From Desulfosporosinus sp. (GTDB lineage Bacteria; Bacillota; Desulfitobacteriia; Desulfitobacteriales; Desulfitobacteriaceae), in NCBI GenBank assembly GCA_003512645.1, contig DOPS01000280.1, positions 7,734 to 39,733 on the forward strand: DNA of 32,000 nucleotides, in the 5' to 3' direction. Made by a program: the position numbers and the translations under genes. Position 1 is the stretch's first letter, and each line of letters starts with the position of its first letter. Positions 1 to 7,481 of the stretch are shown here, one piece after another. Below the pieces are notes generated by a model. The model saw nothing but the letters and a program-made list of their open reading frames with translations. It made no database searches and had not been told where the DNA came from.

Positions 1-45
1 TCGCAGCGCTCACTACGCGCCCGGGCTTGCGCACCTTCTTTAGCT

Positions 46-117
46 CTACTTTCCACAGCATCTTTTGTACTTATTGCCACTACCGCATGGACAAGGATCA
101 TTCCTGCCAACTTTACC
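46..117 (-). pseudogene. Orphan C-terminal SEC-C-type Cys-rich metal-binding motif, remnant of a decayed gene
   Basis: The minus-strand translation ends [23 protein letters not shown] with a stop at 46-48. The CPCGSG..K..CCG pattern is the SEC-C motif. There is no intact gene body or start codon upstream in frame. Confidence 0.4.
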
Positions 118-149
118 TTTTTCTTTACCAACACTTACCAAGCCAGAAC

Positions 150-227
150 TTAGGCAGTATTTGCGGCGTTGACAATTGCATCAACGGATATTTTTGTTAT
201 ATCGTTTCGGATTATTTCCAGTGGCAT
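150..227 (-). pseudogene. Macro-domain (ADP-ribose binding/hydrolase) N-terminal fragment of 25 codons
   Basis: ATG at 227 is preceded by AAAGGAG (plus-strand ctccttt, 240-246). The translation [25 protein letters not shown] then hits TAA at 150-152. [12 protein letters not shown] is the canonical macro-domain N-terminus; the rest of the domain is missing. Confidence 0.5.
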
Positions 228-322
228 AAGTGGGGATTCTCCTTTCAAAGGATTACTAGGTATCACATACTTCTAACGCTACTTTCAGCTTGTCAAAATG
301 TGTAATGCGCCAATCAAAGAAG

Positions 323-336
323 GGCGGCTGCCCGCC
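323..336 (-). terminator. Possible intrinsic terminator downstream of the DUF1643 remnant
   Basis: GGCGG (323-327) pairs with CCGCC (332-336) around a 4-nt loop. On the minus strand this is followed by CTTCTTTGATTG. The stem is only 5 bp, all GC. Confidence 0.3.
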
Positions 337-359
337 ACCCTAGAGCAACTGACGGCGCA

Positions 360-803
360 CTAAGCCAACTTCCAGTCTTTCAACTCCATCTCGTAGCCCC
401 AGACTTGACCATGTAAAGGATAGGGACCTTTCTCGGATACTCTATCGACATAAGTAATCGGCAGTGGGTTTAAAAGGCGAAGTACATCTTTGATCCGACG
501 GATATAGATCCTTTCAAATCCCTTAAGGGCTGTTCCCCAAGCTACAATTATTTTGCTCACTTCTCCTGCAGCCTGTTGAATGAATTCATCATTCCGGATT
601 CCTTTGATCCGTTGTTCCCCACCTTTGTTCTTACAGAGTTCTACTAGGTCATCCGCATTGGTTGTTCGGTATAAGAAACTACCTGTTTTTCTTGATGCTC
701 CCCCCGTTTACTGATGCTGCAATTCCACCGCGCTTTGAATCTCACCGGCGTTGTGATTATAATCCTCGGGAGACGATTTGATGAATTTCTTTAAAACCTT
801 TTC
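360..803 (-). pseudogene. DUF1643-like gene remnant with no start codon and an in-frame TAA
   Basis: The frame opens immediately after the DUF2779 stop (804-806) with no start codon. It reads ..SSPEDYNHNAGEIQSAVELQHQ, then TAA at 708-710, then TGGASRKTGSFLYRTTNADDL..IIVAWGTAL..GPYPLHG. The NLFayR..-like, vaWG and g.P.HPl pattern matches my recollection of DUF1643. The ORF track only shows the last 66 codons, from a GTG. Confidence 0.45.
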
Positions 804-2783
804 TTATTTCGGGTAAACTAAATCCTTCCAGCCCTCGTAAATCATAACCATTGCTAAAGTATCCAACTCACAATACTTCAACAATGCTTTCTCTATTTCC
901 GTACGTTCATATTCCGACATCTCTTCGAATTGCATTCGAGCATAAGCTGTTAACGCAGCCCCTCCATCACGCAACTCATCACTATCGCTCAACACTGCGA
1001 AGTCTTTTTCTGAAATATCCTGAAACATATTAGGCAATAGTTTATAGGGATCAAGGACCCTGTCTTCGACATACTCAATCCATTTCCAGTTTCGATAATT
1101 CAAACTTGGGATACCACCATCGGCGCCATAAATAGGGTTGGCGTATTTTTCTTGTAGGAATCGTGAACTATTCAGAATCGCTGGCAAAACCTGCTTAATG
1201 GAATTCGAGCCCTTCGTGGCGGGATCATAATAATATCGTTTGACAAGTTCGCACATATCGATCATATTGCGGGGCCCTGCCACCCACTCTTTACTCTTTT
1301 TTACTGGAGTTGTAATGGTGCGAATAAAGTTACAGAGTTCCTCCCTGTCTGGTATATCCTCTTGGTCTTCCCCCAATTGCCGATAAATCATATTTAAGTA
1401 CGTGTTTTCATGCGCAGCATATCGGAAAATGCTCCCTTGATCCTGGTCCAATTCGTTTTTCAGACTTCTGAGAAAACCATAGTTGGGGAATACCCCTGGT
1501 GCGGTGTTAAGATATTGTCCGCGATGTTCAATCCGCCCGTCTTTTTGCACGACATGGTGGGAAAACTGAAAGGCAATTCCTTCATAAGGACGTCTCCCTT
1601 TATTGAAGGGAATCGCAACCATGGAGGTTTCAAAATCTATGAAATGTAGCGGATAAACCCACGCACTCATCTCACGGTATAGATTTTCTGAATCGATCCA
1701 ATGAGTCGCGTCATGGCTTTGAGCTTTTGTTACTTGCAGCCATTGCCTAGCACTAGAGGATATACCCAGATTGTCATCATCTTTTGGTGAAATATCTTCT
1801 TTGCAAATGTCCGATAGTTTGATGCGTCCTTCATTTAGACATAGGTCCTTTTTTCGAAAATTCCAGATTTCGAACATGGTTGAATCCTTGAAATCCTCGT
1901 CGGACCAGTTCAGACCTTCCTTCCAGCACTCATGAAAGCCGCTTTTCATGCCTACCTCCCTCTCTTGGTCAGTCGCTTTGAACTCGCAATGAACGCAGCA
2001 AGTAGAAGGCAGCGAAACTATTTTTTCGTCTCTGACATAGTAGTTAGCCAATAAATTCACATGTTCAACAAAACTAATTGGTTTCGGACCGACAATGACC
2101 TCTTCGGAATAGATTAAGTCACAACTGTCATCGACCTTGACCTTGACCAGAATCTGTTCGGAGAGATCTTCCTCAGATAGAGTTTGAGCTACCAAAACAC
2201 TTTTTCTCCCGTTTTTATTTTTGGTGATTTTGAATTTCTGATTAAGCCCGTCCGCAGGACATAGGGCATTTTTATTGGCCATCATCAGATATGCAGAAAC
2301 GGCATACGCTGGAAAGGCAGATCGGATGACATGTTTCTGAAAAGCAACATCTTCTAGATAGGGTTTCCATGATGAGGTAATCGACCTGTTTTTAGTCAGA
2401 AAAGCTTCTTCAGAATCCGTGTCAACCGATTTCGCTTTGACCTCTACTAACTCGATGTGGTTCTTATTCTTGATTAGAATATCAACTCGGATGAAAAGCG
2501 TTTCAAAGCGAACAGCCGCTTCATAGATGATAACCTGATCATTCTTCAGCAAGTCATTTGTCTGACGTAGTGCCTCGTCATAATCCAGTGTCTTAATATC
2601 ATGCCCGCCAGGAAAATAGCACTTGGCCAATTCTCCGACTTGGAATCCTCCATCAGCCAAAGCGAGCAGAAACGTATCCTCTAGATTTTGATTAGCGTAT
2701 TCGGATTTCCCCGTATAATAAAGTTTTGTTGGACATTCTAATCCCAATTTATATCGGGATTTGGTCAAGTATCTGGATCGCAT
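804..2783 (-). CDS. DUF2779-family protein (Cas4-like PD-(D/E)xK N-terminal part plus an RNase H-like/exonuclease-like C-terminal part)
   Basis: 659-aa ORF. SD GAGGGAGGGG lies 7 nt before the ATG. The N-terminus YLTKSRYKLGLECPTKLYY, ELVEVKAKS (nuclease-type E-x-K), a Cys cluster CCVHCEF..HECW, and HFIDFETS (DUF2779 FxDFET signature) were all recognised from memory. Confidence 0.65.
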   Translation of the reverse strand: MRSRYLTKSRYKLGLECPTKLYYTGKSEYANQNLEDTFLLALADGGFQVGELAKCYFPGGHDIKTLDYDEALRQTNDLLKNDQVIIYEAAVRFETLFIRVDILIKNKNHIELVEVKAKSVDTDSEEAFLTKNRSITSSWKPYLEDVAFQKHVIRSAFPAYAVSAYLMMANKNALCPADGLNQKFKITKNKNGRKSVLVAQTLSEEDLSEQILVKVKVDDSCDLIYSEEVIVGPKPISFVEHVNLLANYYVRDEKIVSLPSTCCVHCEFKATDQEREVGMKSGFHECWKEGLNWSDEDFKDSTMFEIWNFRKKDLCLNEGRIKLSDICKEDISPKDDDNLGISSSARQWLQVTKAQSHDATHWIDSENLYREMSAWVYPLHFIDFETSMVAIPFNKGRRPYEGIAFQFSHHVVQKDGRIEHRGQYLNTAPGVFPNYGFLRSLKNELDQDQGSIFRYAAHENTYLNMIYRQLGEDQEDIPDREELCNFIRTITTPVKKSKEWVAGPRNMIDMCELVKRYYYDPATKGSNSIKQVLPAILNSSRFLQEKYANPIYGADGGIPSLNYRNWKWIEYVEDRVLDPYKLLPNMFQDISEKDFAVLSDSDELRDGGAALTAYARMQFEEMSEYERTEIEKALLKYCELDTLAMVMIYEGWKDLVYPK

Positions 2784-2838
2784 AAATCAACCCCTCCCTC
2801 ATCACCACTATTCCAAAAGGCGAAAACAAATCGTTGTT

Positions 2839-2862
2839 ACAATCAGGCTCACAGCTTTGAAT
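2839..2862 (+). repeat. Direct repeat copy 1 (ACAATnnGGCTCACAGCTTTGAAT)
   Basis: A 17-nt exact match plus a 5-nt flank (22 of 24 identical) with 11262-11285, in the same orientation. It covers the last codons (SKL) and the stop of the ParB-like gene. Confidence 0.6.
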
Positions 2863-3277
2863 TCCAATACTCTACATAGGCTTTATACCCTCGCACATCA
2901 GCAAAATAGGCTACAAGCTGCTCTCCTTTAAGCTTATATGAATTCAAGAACTCCACGTCATTACGGCAAGCTTTTTCGATTCGATGGTTTCCATCGATTA
3001 TTTCAAACACACCTGGTCGGATTTCTGCCTGTAATATCGGCTTAGTTATATCCACCTTTGGCAGATGATCCTCGTTTACAGAACCACGAATATGTCTCTT
3101 GAACCACTCACTAACCTTGATCAACTCTATTTCAGCTTCAAGTTTCCCTGCTGTGATATGTTCTAATATCTTTGAAATATTAAAGTTAAAAATTCCATTA
3201 GGATATATTTCATCGCCTACATTCGTTGGAATTGGATTGTAATTTTTATCAAGCTTGAGCTTTCGGCTCTTATTCAT
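2849..3277 (-). CDS. ParB/sulfiredoxin-like N-terminal-domain protein (about 142 aa)
   Basis: The ORF track gives 2849-3286 from a TTG. The ATG at 3277 (MNKSRKLKL..) overlaps the stop of the upstream zinc-ribbon frame (GATGAATAA). The motif FEIIDGNHRIEKA matches the ParB/Srx DGxHR signature. Confidence 0.55.
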   Translation of the reverse strand: MNKSRKLKLDKNYNPIPTNVGDEIYPNGIFNFNISKILEHITAGKLEAEIELIKVSEWFKRHIRGSVNEDHLPKVDITKPILQAEIRPGVFEIIDGNHRIEKACRNDVEFLNSYKLKGEQLVAYFADVRGYKAYVEYWNSKL

Positions 3278-3481
3278 CCTCAACAAGCCTCGCTACGTTC
3301 AGACCACATTTCTTACATTTGCCCTTAAGTAGGACGCCAAATATTCCGTCATCATGCAAAGAGTACTTGATAATAGTAGTTACTCCGCAAGCTGAACAGA
3401 ATACATTGTTTTCTATAAGTTCCTGTATATTTCGGGGTAGCTTTGCCCATTTCTGAGCTGCTTTGAATCTAGTACTGACAT
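3270..3481 (-). pseudogene. Small zinc-ribbon ORF (CxxC..CxxC), apparently frameshifted near its start
   Basis: A 76-codon open frame (3270-3500) reads ..STRFKAAQKWAKLPRNIQELIENNVFCSACGVTTIIKYSLHDDGIFGVLLKGKCKKCGLNVARLVEDE and contains no ATG/GTG/TTG. A strong SD (AAGAGGTGG, 3486-3494) plus ATG (3481-3479) sits one nucleotide out of frame and runs only 22 codons to a stop at 3413. A 1-nt indel just after the ATG would reconstitute a protein of about 70 aa. Confidence 0.35.
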
Positions 3482-3591
3482 TACGCCACCTCTTTCCCTT
3501 TCAATACGCTCTTAGTGGATCTGTTGAAAATCTTAAATATACGATATCACGACCATAGTAGTTCATTTCTGGGTAGCTCTATTATCTACAA

Positions 3592-4962
3592 TCATAAATA
3601 GTACTTTACTGTCAGTTTTGTCGACTTCCCTTTGGGCGGCGCAAAAATAATATCATACTCATAGTTAAGTTTCTTAGTCATTGCATCGCAAACCGTTGGA
3701 GTCGCATTTACAAGCCCCAACTCCTTTTGTAAATCGCCCGCTCGTAAAATATAAGTGCTTTCCCCTGCTGCTTTTTTTTGCTGCAAAAGATTGGATATAT
3801 AGTTCCTTACTTCTGACACTGATAGATTCGTCGTTGAGTGCTTCACCATTTTGGGCAAAACTGAAGTAGCTTTTTTCTTATTCATCGTTAAATGCTTCGT
3901 ATGCGGCATCTGCCCAAATCTAATACTATCCTTAATAAATCCAAACTCCTCAACTGACAACGGCTCCGCATCGAGTCCCTGGGTTAACCACAAACCACTC
4001 CGGCTTATTCTATCTACAGGGCTAGATTTGCCGAGCCAGTTATTATCCGGATAAAAATCATCTGAACAATTCAGAAGTGAAATCAATGCTTCTTCAATCC
4101 GCAGTCTAGCTTCATTATTATTAATGGGAAAGCACACAAAGGATATATTATTATGCAAGTAATCACTAACGGCGGTTTCGATTTCCGCCTCTTTTACTTT
4201 GTCGATGGTGGCTGTGTTCTTTTTGTTGGACATATCCAGTGTCCAAAGATCGAGATATGGATCATTATTCTTACTGAGCAAAGCTTTGCCAATATTTTTC
4301 CTAAAAATGCTTCCGTCTTTATTTTGACTGATAAAATGGTCTTTTAATCTTGCCTTTAAGCGACCCTCCGCGGTGTGAGTCCCCACTCTTACAATCCTAT
4401 CGAGTTCCCCCTGTTTTTGACCTTTCTCGAACATTATGTAGATTCCATCTTCAAAGGGAATCTTAGCAATCATTTGATAATCCATTCTGGGCATCCTATT
4501 AAATAACAGATGAACCGCTTTGCACAGATTTGTTTCACGCTCATAGGCTATTAAACGTTGAAGTGCAGATTGCCTTTCCCCTTGCCGTTTGCCTTCTAAA
4601 GGCAGGTAAATGTTTATGATACTGGGTAGTAGATATTTGCAATAATTATTGCCTGCCAGAATAATAAACTCATCCTTTTCAAGGGATGCTATGTCTTTTA
4701 GCTGTGCTAAAACGTTCTTGCTCCAGTCTTTCTTTTCATCCTCAGATTTATCTAAGAGCGTATCATTGTATGGCGCTAAGACCTGATCTTTCGATACAAG
4801 TCCATATTTTGCAGAAAGTACGTAAATATCGTCTGCAACAATTTCCGCATATGCATAGGCAAGTCGAAACGTCGGGCTTTTGGAATATAGCTCAACAGCA
4901 GGGCAATCGTAGTCTTCTTTTAGACTTGTACATGATATTAACGCTATTCTTGACAATATCAC
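3592..4962 (-). CDS. DUF6884-like N-terminal domain fused to a GIY-YIG nuclease domain, with a C-terminal restriction-associated small domain
   Basis: 456-aa ORF from a GTG at 4962; a TTG at 4956 has better SD spacing. N-terminus: IALISCTSLK..PAVELY..IYVLSAKYGLV..APYNDTL, DUF6884-like from memory. Middle: GIYIMFEKG..RIVRVGTHT..RLKARLKDHF..SIFRKNIGKALL, the GIY-YIG pattern. C-terminus: ILRAGDLQKELGLVNATPTVCDAM, a motif I associate with restriction-related proteins. Confidence 0.6.
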   Translation of the reverse strand: MILSRIALISCTSLKEDYDCPAVELYSKSPTFRLAYAYAEIVADDIYVLSAKYGLVSKDQVLAPYNDTLLDKSEDEKKDWSKNVLAQLKDIASLEKDEFIILAGNNYCKYLLPSIINIYLPLEGKRQGERQSALQRLIAYERETNLCKAVHLLFNRMPRMDYQMIAKIPFEDGIYIMFEKGQKQGELDRIVRVGTHTAEGRLKARLKDHFISQNKDGSIFRKNIGKALLSKNNDPYLDLWTLDMSNKKNTATIDKVKEAEIETAVSDYLHNNISFVCFPINNNEARLRIEEALISLLNCSDDFYPDNNWLGKSSPVDRISRSGLWLTQGLDAEPLSVEEFGFIKDSIRFGQMPHTKHLTMNKKKATSVLPKMVKHSTTNLSVSEVRNYISNLLQQKKAAGESTYILRAGDLQKELGLVNATPTVCDAMTKKLNYEYDIIFAPPKGKSTKLTVKYYL

Positions 4963-5034
4963 ACCTTCTTCTGTCTGTTCTACTCTTTCCCAATACGTTA
5001 AAGATTACGTTCTTGTGTTTTGATAATAGAAGCT

Positions 5035-6234
5035 TTAAGAAGCATTGGTCACCCATTGATCGACTAAGTAATCCAAAAGAAACCGAAGTCTATCCGTATT
5101 ATAACTACCGTCTGTCAAATTGGACCCTCTGAAGGCTCGCACTAGTGCGTCTTTACCTTCGAGTTCACCTTGATACCTATCTAATTCACGATTGTATGAT
5201 GTCCAACGCAAATAACTTATAGCTGAACTAATTTTGCTCATGTCCAGAAAGCATTCGATTGCAACGGCTGAGCCATTAATGTCTTCAACAGACTCTCCAT
5301 TCGGGCCTATCGTTCTGAAGCTTGAAAAATATTCATGATCGGGCAACTTGCATATATGCAAATTCTTTGGCCTGGATAAATCTCGACATTTTTCAAATTT
5401 CTCAATTCCCGCTGCATCATTATCAAATATCACAAGAATATTGTTTTGTATCTTTATTCTTGATAGTCCTTGGCAAAACCGGAATAGGTTGCCTGTTCCC
5501 GTAAATGGATAATTCTCTTCCATATCCACAAAGTAGAAAAAGTCCGAGATATCAGGATAAAGCGCATTTATTGAACGCTTAATAATAAAGGAGTCAGAAG
5601 AACCTTCTGTAACGACTAATATCTTTGACGTATCAGATAGCGGGATGAACACCTCGTCAAAGCTAACCCATCCTCCTTCCACAATATCAGCGTAACGCCA
5701 CTGAACAAGGAAATCTGCATTTTCGTCTTTCTCAGCAAGTAACCTTAACGTAATATATGGATCCAAGTTTTCAAAAAAAGTGCCTAAATCCTTATCAATA
5801 GTAATACCTTCTGGTAAGTATTGGGATAATTCAGGATCAGCAAAAATATAACGACTAACAAACTCACCCAAATCACAATCATAACAACAATTAGGGTCAA
5901 GTACTATTTTTTGAAGGTCTATTGAACTAATAGCTGAAAGAAATTGTTCAAAAGAAATTGTAACCTCTGAATAATAGCTAGGCATCATTTGAAGATGCTC
6001 TACATATCTCCTTTTTAAAGACTGAAAGGAATACCCCAACAGATCCAACCGTTTCTTTAGAGAGCCTAACTTTCGTGAGAATCCTTCTTTCATTTCAACA
6101 ATATCATCAGCATAATAATAAGGAATTTGCATGACGTCAAATCGTTGAAACAAACACGAATGATCTGTAAAGGAATTATTCTTTCCCCAATCTATCTCAA
6201 ATTTATCGATCCCCAAGGTGATCATTGAACCCAT
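5035..6234 (-). CDS. Stand-alone Toprim-domain protein (OLD/AriB/DUF4435-like) with a HEPN/Toprim-associated N-terminal domain
   Basis: The ORF track gives 5035-6270 from a GTG. The ATG at 6234 lies 9 nt after GGGGG and is the better start. Toprim glutamate: ILVVTEGSSDSFIIKR. DxD: LVIFDNDAAGIEKF. The N-terminus ITLGIDKFEIDWGKNN..LFQ resembles the HEPN_Toprim_N family as I recall it. No ATPase partner gene is adjacent. Confidence 0.55.
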   Translation of the reverse strand: MGSMITLGIDKFEIDWGKNNSFTDHSCLFQRFDVMQIPYYYADDIVEMKEGFSRKLGSLKKRLDLLGYSFQSLKRRYVEHLQMMPSYYSEVTISFEQFLSAISSIDLQKIVLDPNCCYDCDLGEFVSRYIFADPELSQYLPEGITIDKDLGTFFENLDPYITLRLLAEKDENADFLVQWRYADIVEGGWVSFDEVFIPLSDTSKILVVTEGSSDSFIIKRSINALYPDISDFFYFVDMEENYPFTGTGNLFRFCQGLSRIKIQNNILVIFDNDAAGIEKFEKCRDLSRPKNLHICKLPDHEYFSSFRTIGPNGESVEDINGSAVAIECFLDMSKISSAISYLRWTSYNRELDRYQGELEGKDALVRAFRGSNLTDGSYNTDRLRFLLDYLVDQWVTNAS

Positions 6235-6637
6235 AAGCATTATCCCCCATTTTATAAATTCCCAGAACACAGTGCTAACCTTCTTAATTTTATGCGCAGT
6301 GTCACACGTCGCATAATAGACATAACTACTTTTTAATATTTAGGCATCAGGCCTCGTTACCAATGAGATCGTTCTGATTAGCGTTCTATATTAGTTATTC
6401 CTCTTTATCCAGTCCTCATCTCCGTTGTTTTAGTAAAACATAAGATACACACGTTATAGGAGTCCATAGACTCCTGGGCCTCATGTTTCAGTTACTCATC
6501 TTACTCCAATGAAAATGTAAGCCCTTAAAACCGCAGCTGTCTACGATGGCCTCTGGGGCATTTCAAATACCCCCATATAGTATTTCTAAGTTACTAAAAT
6601 TCTCGAACGCGTTAACCTCTTTCATATTAAAAAAGTG

Positions 6638-7423
6638 TCAGTCAAAAACAAAAAAATGCTCTTTCCAAGGCGAAATCTGAGTTAAACGAATTCCCCTAGC
6701 CCTTAATAGTCCAATATGTTCTGATGAAGGGACAATGAAGAATGCCCTCAATGTACCTCGCTTGTAAAGCAGCGCGAAAATGTTATCAACACCGAGTTTT
6801 TCCTTCAACTGATCTAACCTTTCTTTCATCTGAACTTCGGCTGGTCCACTTCGGCATAAATGATGATAGATAACCAAACTTTGTTCGCGCTTTACGAAGG
6901 GAACCAATTCTTCAAAGAATGTATATTTTGGCCCGGTCTTTTGATGAGATTTAACAGACTTTACCTCTAACCCATTATCAGGATCAACAAAAATCACGTC
7001 GCACCCCAACGTCGCCTCAAGCGCTTTGCTACTCCATCGGTTTCTGTAACTGATCCGTTCGTTTCGAGCAGCAGGACTATTGTTAGACATGCCCTCATAA
7101 CTAAGGGGCGTCTCATAGAAAACAGTCTTTGTTGGTAGCACATTGAACTTTTGAATTATCGAAACATCTCTTTTACCTGCCTTAATGATCTCAGATAGCG
7201 AATCATAAAGAGCTGGATCACCACTTCTGAAACGTGCTAGATTAGACGTTGTCTGCTCTAAATAGCGAATGTGTTTTCCGTCATCGTTGTGATTTTCATC
7301 TGGTACACGATACCAAACGACTCCCAATGATAAATCCAATTCGGTGCTATTTCCCATGCACAATGTTTTTAGTAGATGGTATTTACCAAAATCTCCAATA
7401 TCACCGACATATCTGTTTTGCAT
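6638..7423 (-). CDS. Uncharacterised 261-aa protein, possibly an RlmJ(DUF519)-like fold with a degenerate motif IV (DPDN)
   Basis: Strong SD GAAGGAGT lies 6 nt before the ATG. N-terminal GDIGDFGKYHLLK resembles RlmJ HAGNxADVLKH. VIFVDPDNGLE sits where RlmJ has lIDPPYE. SLVIYHH and RGTLRAFFIVPS parallel later RlmJ strands. The comparison is from memory only. Confidence 0.35.
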   Translation of the reverse strand: MQNRYVGDIGDFGKYHLLKTLCMGNSTELDLSLGVVWYRVPDENHNDDGKHIRYLEQTTSNLARFRSGDPALYDSLSEIIKAGKRDVSIIQKFNVLPTKTVFYETPLSYEGMSNNSPAARNERISYRNRWSSKALEATLGCDVIFVDPDNGLEVKSVKSHQKTGPKYTFFEELVPFVKREQSLVIYHHLCRSGPAEVQMKERLDQLKEKLGVDNIFALLYKRGTLRAFFIVPSSEHIGLLRARGIRLTQISPWKEHFFVFD

Positions 7424-7481
7424 CCTACTACTCCTTCTTCTCTTCTGTACTTAACTTCACTCTTTCTACACGAATTTCTGA

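Noticed and set aside
27-305. 92-aa plus-strand ORF at the left edge
   Set aside because: It has a TTG start with no SD and a low-complexity, Cys/Phe/Tyr-rich translation. The opposite strand carries recognisable macro-domain and SEC-C remnants, so this is most likely a chance ORF.
3772-3779. A8 (plus-strand T8) homopolymer inside the DUF6884-GIY-YIG gene, as a phase-variation switch
   Set aside because: The tract is short, it is in frame as assembled, and it encodes a plausible KK. There is no evidence of length variation from a single sequence.
851-5504. Plus-strand ORFs of 60-148 aa antisense to the long minus-strand genes (851-1033, 1410-1649, 3681-3869, 3851-4054, 4153-4347, 4686-5132, 5322-5504)
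   Set aside because: Each lies antisense to a long, motif-bearing minus-strand CDS; 4686-5132 also spans the short 4963-5034 gap. None has a recognisable motif or a good SD. These are typical shadow ORFs.
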